Shown: positions 46,221 through 55,877 of the stretch, piece after piece
How positions within the stretch are numbered: position 1 is the stretch's first letter
Layout: the number at the start of each line of letters is the position of its first letter
DNA from: Tautonia rosea
GTDB lineage: Bacteria > Planctomycetota > Planctomycetia > Isosphaerales > Isosphaeraceae
Reading direction: 5' to 3'
DNA: 64,000 nt
Assembly (NCBI RefSeq): GCF_012958305.1
Contig: NZ_JABBYO010000008.1
Span: 1-64,000, forward strand
Made by a program: the position numbers and the translations under genes
Notes under the pieces: generated by a model
The model's database searches: none
Told to the model about the DNA's origin: nothing
Seen by the model: the letters and a program-made list of their open reading frames with translations, nothing else

Positions 46221-46526
46221 CTGTCTGCAACCGCACGCTCATCACAATTCAGCCGGGTTTTCCCGGCGATTTTCTCTTGACGACGGATTCCCCTCGACTA
46301 TGCCACCCTGTAGGAAGTGCAACATACCGGCGACCACTCCGGACGAACGTCTCGCACGGCGTGGGTTCCGCCCATCACATTATCGCCGGAAGCCTTCCGC
46401 ATCGACCAACGACATCTCGGCGAGTCTTGAAACGTTCCGACTGTGCGGACCGGGTGGTTCTCGGTCTGCGCACGTTCGCCCTTGTCGTGAACGGTCACAT
46501 CTTCCCGCACCCGGAGGAACGACGCC

Positions 46527-47315
46527 GTGGAACTGTCCCTTTCCCAGTTCGAGCTGGTCTCGAACATGTTTTCCTTTACGATCGCCGCGATGGGAGCGGC
46601 GGCCCTGTTCTTCTTCTTCACCAGCTTTCAGATCCACCCGAAGTACCGGCTCGCCGTCCTGGTCTCGGGTGTGGTCGTCGCCCTGGCGTGTTACCACTAC
46701 GTCCGGATCTACGATAGCTGGCACGACGCTTATGCCCTGACCGAGACCGAATCGGGCGTGGTCTTCCAGGAAACGGCCACGCCGTTCAACGACTACTACC
46801 GCTATGCCGACTGGATCTTGACCGTGCCGTTGCTTGTCATCGAGCTGATTGCCGTCATGGCCCTGGCGGCCCCCGTGGCTCGCTCGCTCTCGTGGCGGTT
46901 GGGCGGGGCGGCTGTCTTGATGATCATCCTCGGCTACCCTGGTGAGATTTCCAGCGACAATGGGACACGATGGCTCTTCTGGGGCCTGAGCATGCTCCCA
47001 TTCTTGTATATCCTGTTTGTCCTGCTGACCGAGCTGTCGACCTCGCTCGAACGCCAACCGAGTGAGGTCCGGGGACGAATCAGCTTTGCTCGATACTTGA
47101 TTGTGATCACCTGGTCGTTCTACCCGATCGCCTACCTCGCCCCGATGATCGGCCTCTCGGGAGCAAGCGCGGAAGTCGCCTTGCAGGTGGGCTACTCGAT
47201 TGCCGACGTGCTGGCCAAGGCTGCGTTTGGTCTGTACATCTACTCGATTGCCGCGACGAAGTCGGAGCTGGAGACGGGCGAGGCTCTCTCGGCACACTCC
47301 GAGTACGCCGCCTGA
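46527..47315 (+). CDS. microbial rhodopsin, xanthorhodopsin-like DTE proton pump
   Basis: Helix C RYADWILTVPLLVIEL gives D/T/E at BR positions 85/89/96. Helix G SIADVLAKAAFG carries the Schiff-base Lys. The N-terminus LVSNMFSFT...ACYHYVRIYDSWHDAY resembles the xanthorhodopsin/actinorhodopsin clade. GTG start at 46527. Confidence 0.85.
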   Translation: MELSLSQFELVSNMFSFTIAAMGAAALFFFFTSFQIHPKYRLAVLVSGVVVALACYHYVRIYDSWHDAYALTETESGVVFQETATPFNDYYRYADWILTVPLLVIELIAVMALAAPVARSLSWRLGGAAVLMIILGYPGEISSDNGTRWLFWGLSMLPFLYILFVLLTELSTSLERQPSEVRGRISFARYLIVITWSFYPIAYLAPMIGLSGASAEVALQVGYSIADVLAKAAFGLYIYSIAATKSELETGEALSAHSEYAA

Positions 47316-47669
47316 GCATCGGGTAAACCGGGAGCGGTTCCGGGGGGTGGCCTACGCCCCCCGGTACTCAAGCCAGCTTGGGTTGCATGATTCCCCGCAC
47401 ACGTTGTGCTGTGACATCTGCATCTGTCGAACGCTGCTTCACCTGATCGTGAATCCGGGACGCACCGGGGAGAGGCAATCCCCGGTTTCCGATCCCTCGA
47501 CCGTGCGGCAAACCGACTCAAGGGCAATGGCACCCGGAGGACCGGCCAATCATCCGATCTGGGACGGATCGCGGCGAATCGCTACACTGGGCGTACCGTG
47601 GTTCGTTGAGCGATCGGGCCGGCCCTGGCCTGGTGCAGACGCCCTGCTCGTCGAGAGATCGTTGTTGCC

Positions 47670-49058
47670 ATGCCCGGTCCGTCGCTGTTCGATTCCCTGC
47701 CTGATCCTCATGACCGTGATCCAAAGGCGACCGCCGGGGGAGTTGGTCTGCCCAGCGCTCCACCGGTGCTCAGTGTCACCGAACTGACCAGCTTGATCCG
47801 CGAGCTGCTCGAATCGGCATTTGCCGAGGTGGCCGTATGCGGCGAGATCTCCAACCTTTCCCGCCCGAAGTCGGGCCACGTCTACTTCGACATCAAGGAC
47901 GAAGGGGCCCGCATCCGGGCCGTCCTCTGGCGGACTCAGGCCGCCCGGGTTCCTTTTGATCTGGAAAACGGCCTGGCAGTGCGAGCATGGGGCAGCGTCG
48001 ATCTGTACCCGCCGCACGGCTCGTATCAGATCAATGTTCGGACCATCGAGCCGGAAGGGATTGGGCCGCTCGAACTGGCCTTCCGGCAGCTCTGCGACCG
48101 CCTCCGGATCGAAGGTCTGTTCGACCCGGCCCGCAAACGCCCCCTTCCGAAGTTTCCCCGGCGAATCGTGGTCGTCTCCAGCCCGACCGGCGCGGCGGTC
48201 CGAGACATCCTGACGATCACCGGTCGGCGCTGGCCGTCGGCCGAGATCCTGATCGCCCCGGCCAAGGTTCAAGGCCAGGGGGCGGCCGAGGAAGTGGCCG
48301 CCGCCATCGCCATGGCCAATCGCCTCCGCCAGGTCGATCTGATCCTCGTCGGCCGAGGCGGCGGCAGCCTGGAAGACCTCTGGGCATTCAATGAAGAAGT
48401 GGTGGCGCGGGCAATCGTTGCTTCCCGCGTTCCGATCGTTTCCGGAGTCGGGCACGAGACCGACCTGACGATCGCCGACCTCGTGGCCGACTTGCGCGGC
48501 CCGACCCCCAGCGGCGCGGCCGAACTGGCCGTGCCCGACGCTCGTGATGTGCTGGATCGGCTTGAAACGCTTTCTGGTCGAATGGCCCGCGCGCTGGCGC
48601 TCCGATCGAGCGACGCTCGATCGCGGCTCGAATCGCTGGCTGATCGGTCCGATCGGGCGATGGCTCGCCTGCTCGATCGTCGCCGCGATCGCCTGGCCGC
48701 CCTGGCCGGTCAGCTTGATGCCCTCAGTCCGCTCGCCGTTCTTTCCCGAGGCTACAGCCTGACGCAACGGCTCGACGACGGCCGAGTCGTGCGAGCGCCC
48801 GACGATGCCCGGCCCGGGACGGTGATCCGGACTCGGCTCGCCTCGGGATCAATCCTCAGCAGGGTCGAAGCGAGCCCAACCGACGGGGAACCCGCGCACG
48901 ACGAGCTGAACGCCTCTTCGGCCGACACCAAGCGGCCTGCCCGCCGCGACCGCCGCCCCGCCCCAGGTGCCGCGGCCCCCGTGCCGACTGATCGCCCCCG
49001 CAAGCGCCTCGCCCCCGGAGGCTCCGGCCCCTTCCGCACCGATCCCGAACGGAGCTGA
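47670..49058 (+). CDS. xseA: exodeoxyribonuclease VII large subunit
   Basis: N-terminal OB-fold (LSVTELTSLIRELLESAFAEVAVCGEISNLSRPKSGHVYFDIKDEGARIRAVLW) and catalytic region. xseB follows. Confidence 0.85.
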   Translation: MPGPSLFDSLPDPHDRDPKATAGGVGLPSAPPVLSVTELTSLIRELLESAFAEVAVCGEISNLSRPKSGHVYFDIKDEGARIRAVLWRTQAARVPFDLENGLAVRAWGSVDLYPPHGSYQINVRTIEPEGIGPLELAFRQLCDRLRIEGLFDPARKRPLPKFPRRIVVVSSPTGAAVRDILTITGRRWPSAEILIAPAKVQGQGAAEEVAAAIAMANRLRQVDLILVGRGGGSLEDLWAFNEEVVARAIVASRVPIVSGVGHETDLTIADLVADLRGPTPSGAAELAVPDARDVLDRLETLSGRMARALALRSSDARSRLESLADRSDRAMARLLDRRRDRLAALAGQLDALSPLAVLSRGYSLTQRLDDGRVVRAPDDARPGTVIRTRLASGSILSRVEASPTDGEPAHDELNASSADTKRPARRDRRPAPGAAAPVPTDRPRKRLAPGGSGPFRTDPERS

Positions 49059-49062
49059 TCTG

Positions 49063-49359
49063 ATGCCCGACGACCCTCAGACCTCCCCAACGGCTTCTGA
49101 ACCGAATCCCCCGTCCTTCGAGGTCGCCCTGGGACAGATCGAGGCGATTGTCTCCGATCTGGAACGGGGAACGCTCGACCTTGATGCCTCGCTGGAACGC
49201 TACGAACGCGGAGTCCGCCTGCTCGCGCAGTGCCGCACCACGCTCCAAACCGCCGAGCGGCGGGTCGCCCTGCTCACCGGCACCTCTGAGGAGGGAGACG
49301 CCCTGACCACTCCCTTCGACGATCCCTCCGCCCTGGCGGCCGACCCTGACGACGATTGA
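49063..49359 (+). CDS. xseB: exodeoxyribonuclease VII small subunit
   Basis: FEVALGQIEAIVSDLERGTLDLDASLERYERGVRLLAQC is the canonical XseB helix-hairpin. Start set at the ATG at 49063. Confidence 0.75.
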   Translation: MPDDPQTSPTASEPNPPSFEVALGQIEAIVSDLERGTLDLDASLERYERGVRLLAQCRTTLQTAERRVALLTGTSEEGDALTTPFDDPSALAADPDDD

Positions 49360-49458
49360 ACGCTTCCGATCTCCTGACGCAACGTCGGTGATTCGCTGAC
49401 GACCGTCCCTCCCCTTGCCGGAGTGCCTCCATCCGGTTTCCCCCAACCACCCCCAACC

Positions 49459-50583
49459 ATGCAGCTCCGCCGTATCGACCTGAAGCTTGTCCGTCTTCCG
49501 CTGGTTCGTCCGTTCCGAACCAGCTCGCATGTGAAGGATCATCTTGCACATATTCTTGTGCGCGCCGAGTCGGCTGATGGACTCGTTGGCTGGGGCGAAT
49601 GCGCCAGCCCGTCCGACCCGTACTACTGCCCCGAAACGACCGAAACGTGCTGGCACATCCTGCGCGATTTTCTCGGGCCGCTCGTGCTGGGCAAGGACTG
49701 GGAGACGATCGACGATCTCACCGCCCTGTATCGCCTGGTGAAGGGGAACAACTTCGCCAAGGCCGGCCTGGAGATGGCCTGCTGCGACCTACTGGCCCGG
49801 TCGCAAGACATCTCGCTTGCCCGGTTCATCGGTGGCGTGCGGCCGAAGATCGCCTCGGGGGTGAGCCTGGGAATCGAGGATGACCTGTCCGCCCTGCTTG
49901 ATACGATCGAGCGGCATCTCTCGGCTGGTTACAAGCGCATTAAGCTGAAAATTGGTCCCGGGCGTGATGTCGAGGTGGTCCGAGAGGTCCGTCGCGTCTA
50001 CCCTGGCATCTTGCTTCAGGTCGATGCCAATTCCGCGTACACACTCGACGACATTGACATGCTGCGTCGTCTTGATGAGTTCGATCTCCTCCTCATCGAG
50101 CAGCCGCTGGCGCACGACGACATCATCGACCACGCCCGACTCCAGGCTGCCCTGCAGACGCCGATTTGCCTCGACGAGTCGATTCACTCGGTCGATGATG
50201 CCCGCAAGGCGCTTGAACTTGAGGCCTGCCGGGTCATCAACATCAAGGTCAGCCGGGTCGGCGGCTTGATGGAAGCTCGCCGCATTCATGATTATTGCTT
50301 CACGCGATGTGTTCCCGTCTGGTGCGGCGGCATGCACGAGTTCGGCATCGGCCGCGCCGCCAATGTCGCACTGTCGAGCCTTCCCGGCTTTGTCTTCCCG
50401 GGAGATGTGTCCGGTTCCGACAAGTACTACCTTCAGGACATCGTCGATCCCCCCGTCCTCGCCTTCGACGGCGACGTACCCGTTCCCAAAGGTCCGGGAC
50501 TCGGTCACGAACCGGTCGAAGAAATCATCATCGGCAACACCCGGCGTGAGGTGACGCTCGACGCGAACGAGGTCGATCGGTAG
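49459..50583 (+). CDS. enolase-superfamily o-succinylbenzoate synthase / N-succinylamino acid racemase
   Basis: MR/MLE catalytic set: KxK (RIKLKIGPG), metal ligands D (QVDANSAY), E (LIEQP) and D (CLDES), and the second Lys (NIKVSRVGG). Confidence 0.75.
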   Translation: MQLRRIDLKLVRLPLVRPFRTSSHVKDHLAHILVRAESADGLVGWGECASPSDPYYCPETTETCWHILRDFLGPLVLGKDWETIDDLTALYRLVKGNNFAKAGLEMACCDLLARSQDISLARFIGGVRPKIASGVSLGIEDDLSALLDTIERHLSAGYKRIKLKIGPGRDVEVVREVRRVYPGILLQVDANSAYTLDDIDMLRRLDEFDLLLIEQPLAHDDIIDHARLQAALQTPICLDESIHSVDDARKALELEACRVINIKVSRVGGLMEARRIHDYCFTRCVPVWCGGMHEFGIGRAANVALSSLPGFVFPGDVSGSDKYYLQDIVDPPVLAFDGDVPVPKGPGLGHEPVEEIIIGNTRREVTLDANEVDR

Positions 50584-50616
50584 GCCCCGACTCACTCGGC
50601 CTACAAGTCACAACAC

Positions 50617-51807
50617 ATGATCGAATCACCCTCTCCTCGGAACCCGACCTCCATGCCACCTCACGACCTTCTCCCTCACCTTTCGTCCCGGCTCGACGAC
50701 ATCGTGATGCTGTTGCGGACGCTTGTCGAACATGAATCTCCCAGCAAGGACAAGGGCGCACTCGACGCCCTCGCCGATCGTCTAACCGGGTTTCTGCACC
50801 ATGCTGGAGCATCGTCCGTCGATCGGATCGCCAACGTCGAGGGGGGCGATCATCTCCTCGCGCGTTTTGACTTCGGCCACACTGCACCCGATGCCCCCAG
50901 GCCCGCCCTCCTGATGGCACACTTCGACACGGTCTGGCCTGTGGGAACCCTGACCACCATGCCCTTTCGGGTCGAGGATGGTCGCGTGCATGGCCCCGGA
51001 ACCTTCGATATGAAAGGAGGGCTCACGCTCCTGCTCACCGCCCTCACGGCGCTGCGCGATCTGAATCTGAGCCCGCCTCGTCCGGTCGAGTTCCTCCTCA
51101 CCTCCGACGAGGAAATCGGCAGCCCCAACTCGCGTTCCCTGATTGAAGCGACGGCTCAGAACGCCGCTTATGCCCTGGTGCCCGAACCTCCCTTGCCTGG
51201 AGGCGGCCTGAAAACGGCCCGAAAAGGGGTCGGACGCTACACCTTGAACGTCAGCGGCATTCCCGCCCATTCCGGCATCGAACCCGAAAAAGGCAGAAGC
51301 GCCCTGCTCGAACTCGCTCATCAAATCATCGCCATCCACGCGATTGCCGACCCTTCCCTCGGCACCACCCTGACCGTCGGTCGCGCGGAAGGAGGAGGAG
51401 CCGTGAACGTCGTTCCCGCCTCCGCCACGGCCGAGATCGATGTGCGCGTTTCTACCCTGGACGAGGCCGACCGGGTGGACCATGCCTTACACGCCCTCAC
51501 TCCCACCCTCGACGGCACTACGCTCACCCTCACTGGTCGGCTCAACCGCCCTCCGATGGAGCGTACCGCTGCCACGGCTTCACTCTTCGAGCGTGCCCGA
51601 GAGGCGGCACAACCGCTTGGCCTTGACCTCACCGAAGGCTCCACGGGGGGAGGCTCCGACGCCAACTTTACCTCGGCAATCGGCCTGCCCACCCTCGACG
51701 GTCTTGGCCCCCTGGGAGCGGGTGCCCATGCCGTTCACGAGCACATCGAGGTCGATTCCCTCCCCCTCCGCGCCGCGTTGATCGCAAGCTTGATTCAGTC
51801 TCTTTAA
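50617..51807 (+). CDS. M20 family peptidase/deacylase (ArgE/DapE/CPG2-like; candidate N-succinyl-amino acid desuccinylase)
   Basis: M20 metal-binding blocks LLMAHFDTVWPVG, GTFDMKGG and SDEEIGS. C-terminal dimerisation domain. Confidence 0.7.
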   Translation: MIESPSPRNPTSMPPHDLLPHLSSRLDDIVMLLRTLVEHESPSKDKGALDALADRLTGFLHHAGASSVDRIANVEGGDHLLARFDFGHTAPDAPRPALLMAHFDTVWPVGTLTTMPFRVEDGRVHGPGTFDMKGGLTLLLTALTALRDLNLSPPRPVEFLLTSDEEIGSPNSRSLIEATAQNAAYALVPEPPLPGGGLKTARKGVGRYTLNVSGIPAHSGIEPEKGRSALLELAHQIIAIHAIADPSLGTTLTVGRAEGGGAVNVVPASATAEIDVRVSTLDEADRVDHALHALTPTLDGTTLTLTGRLNRPPMERTAATASLFERAREAAQPLGLDLTEGSTGGGSDANFTSAIGLPTLDGLGPLGAGAHAVHEHIEVDSLPLRAALIASLIQSL

Positions 51808-51814
51808 TCTGAGC

Positions 51815-52660
51815 GTGTGGAGTACGAGACGGATGAGCGACCCCACCATTGAACCGATCGTGATCCGCCGCGCTGAAAGCCCTGCCGACTATATTGCCTG
51901 CCAGGATGCCCAGCGCCGATCGTGGGGCCTGGTTGATGAGTCGTACGTCGTGCCGGTGGCGACCCTGGTGGGCGCGAACCTGCATGGAGGGTTGGTCCTG
52001 GGTGCCTTCCTGGACGACGGCACCGCAGCGGGTTTGTCGTTTGCGTTTCTCGGGAAGATCGACGAGAAGCTCGGGCTTTACTCGCAATTGACCGGCGTCG
52101 TTCCCGAGTATCAGGGACGAGGTCTCGGGCGTCGGATGAAGCAGGCTCAGTTCATGATTGCCGAGGCCGAAGGGCTGGCCTGTGTTGCCTGGGCGTTCGA
52201 TCCGCTCCAGGCCGGCAACGCTCGGTTCAACCTCGATACCCTGCACGCCACGGCATCGCATTATTTGGTCGATATGTACGGTCCCCGAACCGACGACCTG
52301 AACGCAGGCATTCCGACCGATCGGCTCATCGCCGTCTGGGAGCCAAAGCAGTTGACTCGCCCGACACTCCCGGAGCACCCCTTTGGAGAGTTGCCCTTGC
52401 TGATTGATCCTGATGGTCCCACCGCAAAGCCAATCGATCCGAGCGTACCGATCGTCTTGCTCGAAATCCCGGGCGACCTCGCCGCACTCCGCGCCTCGTC
52501 TCCCGAACGGGCGAACCGCTGGCGACTGGCCGCTCGGGAGGCATTCGAATCGGCCTTCCGCAACGGCTACCGGGCGGTCGGAACCGTCAGAACCGGAGAG
52601 GGTCAGGAACGTCGGCAGGCGTACGTCCTGCATCGCCCGTTGGCCGACGCGTCGGCCTGA
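51815..52660 (+). CDS. GNAT-like acyltransferase (candidate amino acid N-succinyltransferase)
   Basis: VVPEYQGRGLGRRMKQAQF is the GNAT acyl-CoA motif. Sits in an operon after the enolase-superfamily and M20 genes. Confidence 0.5.
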   Translation: MWSTRRMSDPTIEPIVIRRAESPADYIACQDAQRRSWGLVDESYVVPVATLVGANLHGGLVLGAFLDDGTAAGLSFAFLGKIDEKLGLYSQLTGVVPEYQGRGLGRRMKQAQFMIAEAEGLACVAWAFDPLQAGNARFNLDTLHATASHYLVDMYGPRTDDLNAGIPTDRLIAVWEPKQLTRPTLPEHPFGELPLLIDPDGPTAKPIDPSVPIVLLEIPGDLAALRASSPERANRWRLAAREAFESAFRNGYRAVGTVRTGEGQERRQAYVLHRPLADASA

Positions 52661-52815
52661 TCGGGACTGGAGGCCCAGCCGGGGGGTGGGTAAGATCCGT
52701 TTCAAATCATTCGAGCCCGGCCGGGGCCGGCACGGCGAGCCCTCGGCGCGGCATCGCCTCCCGAAATGGTTTCGGGGCTGGCCCCTGCTCCGGAACAGAA
52801 AAAGGCCCGGAACCC

Positions 52816-53805
52816 ATGACGAGCAACGACGCGACGGCACCATCGGGGTCGCGAACCCTTTCGAGGCGCCAGTGGATTCAGGGAACGCTCGGTGCCCTCG
52901 CCGGGACGGCAATGGTTCCGGCCGCGGCTCGCACCCTGCTGGCGACCCCAAAAGGGGCCCCCCTGAACCCCCCTCGCTACTGCCTGAACACCAGCACGAT
53001 CCGGGGGGCCAATTCCGAGGTCGGTCTTGTCGATCAGATTCGCATCGCGGCCGAAGCTGGTTACGACGCGATCGAACCCTGGCTCCGCGACATCAACCGA
53101 TTCAAGGATGAGGGCGGTTCCGTCCGTGATCTCGGGCAGCAGATTGCCGATGCAGGACTGGCCGTGCCCAGCGCTATCGGCTTTGCCCGGTGGGCGGTTG
53201 ATAACACCGACGAACGGGCCGCCGGCCTGGAGGAAGCCCGACGCGACATGGCCACGCTGGCCGCGATCGGCGGCACCCGGCTGGCCGCCCCTCCTGTCGG
53301 CCTGACCGATCAACGCTACGGCGATTTGCTCACCCTGGCCGAGCGCTACGCCACCTTGCTCGAACTGGGCACCGAGTTCGGCGTGGTCCCCCAACTGGAG
53401 GTCTGGGGTTTTTCCCAAACCTTCCAGCGGCTTGGCGAGGTGGCGTTTGTCGCGGTCGAAAGCGGCCGACCCGACGCCTGCATCTTGCCCGACGTGTATC
53501 ACTTATATAAAGGTGGATCAAGCCTTGAAGGGCTCTTGTACCTCAACGGAGCCTCGATTCATGTCTTCCATCTGAACGATTACCCCGCCGAACCCCCTCG
53601 GGAGTCGATCAGTGATGCCGATCGCGTGTTTCCGGGAGACGGCGTTGCCCCCTTTGATCGATTGAGGGAGATCCTCAGTGCGATCGGCTTCAACGGCACC
53701 TTCTCGCTCGAACTGTTCAATCGTACGTACTGGACCCGTGATCCGCTTGAGGTTGCCCGCGAAGGGCTTCGCAAGATGAAGGCCGTCACCGGCGATCCCG
53801 CCTGA
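52816..53805 (+). CDS. TAT-signal sugar phosphate isomerase/epimerase (xylose isomerase-like TIM barrel)
   Basis: TAT motif SRRQWIQGTLGALAG, then TIM-barrel blocks (GYDAIEPW, HVFHLNDYP, FSLELFN). Confidence 0.65.
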   Translation: MTSNDATAPSGSRTLSRRQWIQGTLGALAGTAMVPAAARTLLATPKGAPLNPPRYCLNTSTIRGANSEVGLVDQIRIAAEAGYDAIEPWLRDINRFKDEGGSVRDLGQQIADAGLAVPSAIGFARWAVDNTDERAAGLEEARRDMATLAAIGGTRLAAPPVGLTDQRYGDLLTLAERYATLLELGTEFGVVPQLEVWGFSQTFQRLGEVAFVAVESGRPDACILPDVYHLYKGGSSLEGLLYLNGASIHVFHLNDYPAEPPRESISDADRVFPGDGVAPFDRLREILSAIGFNGTFSLELFNRTYWTRDPLEVAREGLRKMKAVTGDPA

Positions 53806-53934
53806 CAACCTCGCTCGGCGAAATTCGGAAGACACATCAACACCAGGCCCCGTTCTTCCTGCCTCTCCTCTCCTCGGTTCGGAAGAACGAACTTGGTCCG
53901 GTTGGTCGCGTAGCAACGGCCCACAATCGCCGAA

Positions 53935-54939
53935 TCAATCAATTTTTATAACAATTTTTCCGAATTGTTCAGAGTGCTCCATGCGTCGAAGGGCATCGCG
54001 TAAATCGTCCAGGAAGTAGGTCTGGTCGACGACGGGCTGAATTCCACGGTCCTCGACGAGTTCGAGCAACGCGGCGAATTCAGCCGGGGTGCCCATGGTG
54101 GTGCCCAGCAACTGGAGTTGCTTCCAGAAGATTGGAAACACGTTGAGCGAGGGGACCGGTCCGGTGGTGGTCCCGAAGTTGACCAGCCGACCGCCGGGCC
54201 GGAGCAGGTCGACGGCATGGGCAAAGGTTTCTCCGCCGGCGCTGTCGATGACCACGTCAGGCCTGCCCCCAAGCGCCCGAAGCGTGTCGGGCCAGTTCGG
54301 ATCTCGATAGTTGACGCCGCCCTCGGCTCCCAGCTCTTTTGCTCGTTCGAGCTTCGCGTCACTTCCCGACGTAACGAAGACCCTCGCTCCCAGGGCTCGG
54401 GCGATTTGCAAGGCATGGATCGCCGTCCCGGCGCCGATGCCGGTCACGAGCACCACCTCACCGGGCTGGACCTGCCCCTTGGTCACCACGGCCCGATACG
54501 CCGTCAACCCGGCCAGGGGCAGTGCGGCCGCCTGCTCGAAATGCAGCCCGGCCGGTTTGGGGAAGACATTCTCCAGGGGCACGACGATCAGTTCGGCAAA
54601 GGTCCCGTGATCGGGCATGCCGAGAATCCGGAACCGTTCTCCCTGAACACGTTCATTCCGGCCCCAATCGAGACTCGGGTTGATGATCACATCTTGCCCA
54701 ATCCGGAGCCCCTCGACTCCGTCTCCCAACCCTGCAACCTGCCCGGCACCGTCGGAACCGAGAATCGCGGGCAAGGTCACATTCGGGTACATGTTCCGCG
54801 AAATCCAGAGATCGCGGTGGTTCAGCGCCGCCGCCCGGAGCCGGATGACGACCTCGCCGGGACCGGGGGATGGGTCGGGCACCTCTTCAAGGTGGAAGTG
54901 CTCAATCGACCCAAACTCTCGGAGGACCATCGCCTTCAT
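53935..54939 (-). CDS. zinc-type/MDR alcohol dehydrogenase or quinone oxidoreductase
   Basis: MKAMVLREFG...GEVVIRLRAAALNHRDLW, Rossmann GIGAGTAIHALQIARALGARVF. Confidence 0.75.
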   Translation of the reverse strand: MKAMVLREFGSIEHFHLEEVPDPSPGPGEVVIRLRAAALNHRDLWISRNMYPNVTLPAILGSDGAGQVAGLGDGVEGLRIGQDVIINPSLDWGRNERVQGERFRILGMPDHGTFAELIVVPLENVFPKPAGLHFEQAAALPLAGLTAYRAVVTKGQVQPGEVVLVTGIGAGTAIHALQIARALGARVFVTSGSDAKLERAKELGAEGGVNYRDPNWPDTLRALGGRPDVVIDSAGGETFAHAVDLLRPGGRLVNFGTTTGPVPSLNVFPIFWKQLQLLGTTMGTPAEFAALLELVEDRGIQPVVDQTYFLDDLRDALRRMEHSEQFGKIVIKID

Positions 54940-55340
54940 CTGCTCCCTCCCGACCTCAAAGAACCGCGCAGCCTGCTCACAAATCCGGCTTTGCGAGAAC
55001 GACACCCCTTCAGCCTACGCCGTTTTGGACTCCCGGCTCAAGTGCCGCGGAACCTGGCAGCTACGACAGCAACCACCAGGTGGCACCATGTCCGAGCAAA
55101 TTCCGATCCAATCGGCAGTTCGGTCCATCGACAAACCGAACCGACTGACAACGGTGCCATCGGGCCGTCACGACCGACGAGTTGTTCGCGCGCCCCAAAC
55201 AACCAAGGCACCCGAGCGCAGACCCATCAGGAAACCGCTCACCCACCCCTCGATCTGGTTGCTCCCAACAGGAAGTTGGACGAGGGGATTCAAGTTCGTT
55301 CTCGATTGACTCCGACAACCTTGACAGATAAGATCCTGTA

Positions 55341-55877
55341 TTGCCAGGGTTCGCGATGTTCCACATCTCCCTGGTCGAGGAAACTCGCATGATTCGAGGC
55401 GATCGGAAACGGGATCGTGGCTGGATCGGCCTGGGCATTCTGCTCGGGTTGATGATCGGTGGTTTGCCGACCGTCGACGTTTGCCCGTTGCCAGCCGGCG
55501 CCCGTTCGACGCATCACTGCGAGCCGTTGCCGGAGCCTGAGCCGTCAAAGCACCACTGCTGTCACACTGTTCCAGGGGTTCCGAACGCCCTTCCCACCCG
55601 ATCAGCGGTGCCGGTTCCCGTCTCCCCAGCGGCTGACGGACACTGTCGGACGCGAACCAACTCCTGTTGCTGCGTGACGAACGTCGCGCAACCGGTGGTC
55701 GATCGCTCGGTTCGTTCCAGCATTTCGCGCGATCAGTCCCGCACATCCCACTCCTTCGAGCCGACGCTCACGCTTCCAAGCTCGCCGTCGGCGTCCCTCC
55801 TTCTCGCGAGCGGTCTCCCCCGACCGGCTCCATCCTCGGTTCCCCTCATTCTGACGACCTCTCGGTTGCGGAATTAG
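55341..55877 (+). CDS. hypothetical membrane protein with His/Cys clusters
   Basis: One TM (WIGLGILLGLMIGGL), then STHHCEPLPEPEPSKHHCCH and NSCCCV. Coding status uncertain. Confidence 0.3.
   Translation: MPGFAMFHISLVEETRMIRGDRKRDRGWIGLGILLGLMIGGLPTVDVCPLPAGARSTHHCEPLPEPEPSKHHCCHTVPGVPNALPTRSAVPVPVSPAADGHCRTRTNSCCCVTNVAQPVVDRSVRSSISRDQSRTSHSFEPTLTLPSSPSASLLLASGLPRPAPSSVPLILTTSRLRN

Noticed and set aside
49459-50583. Calling the enolase-superfamily gene menC (menaquinone biosynthesis)
   Set aside because: No men genes are nearby. The operon partners (M20 deacylase and GNAT) fit the N-succinylamino acid racemase pathway better, so I left the gene symbol empty.
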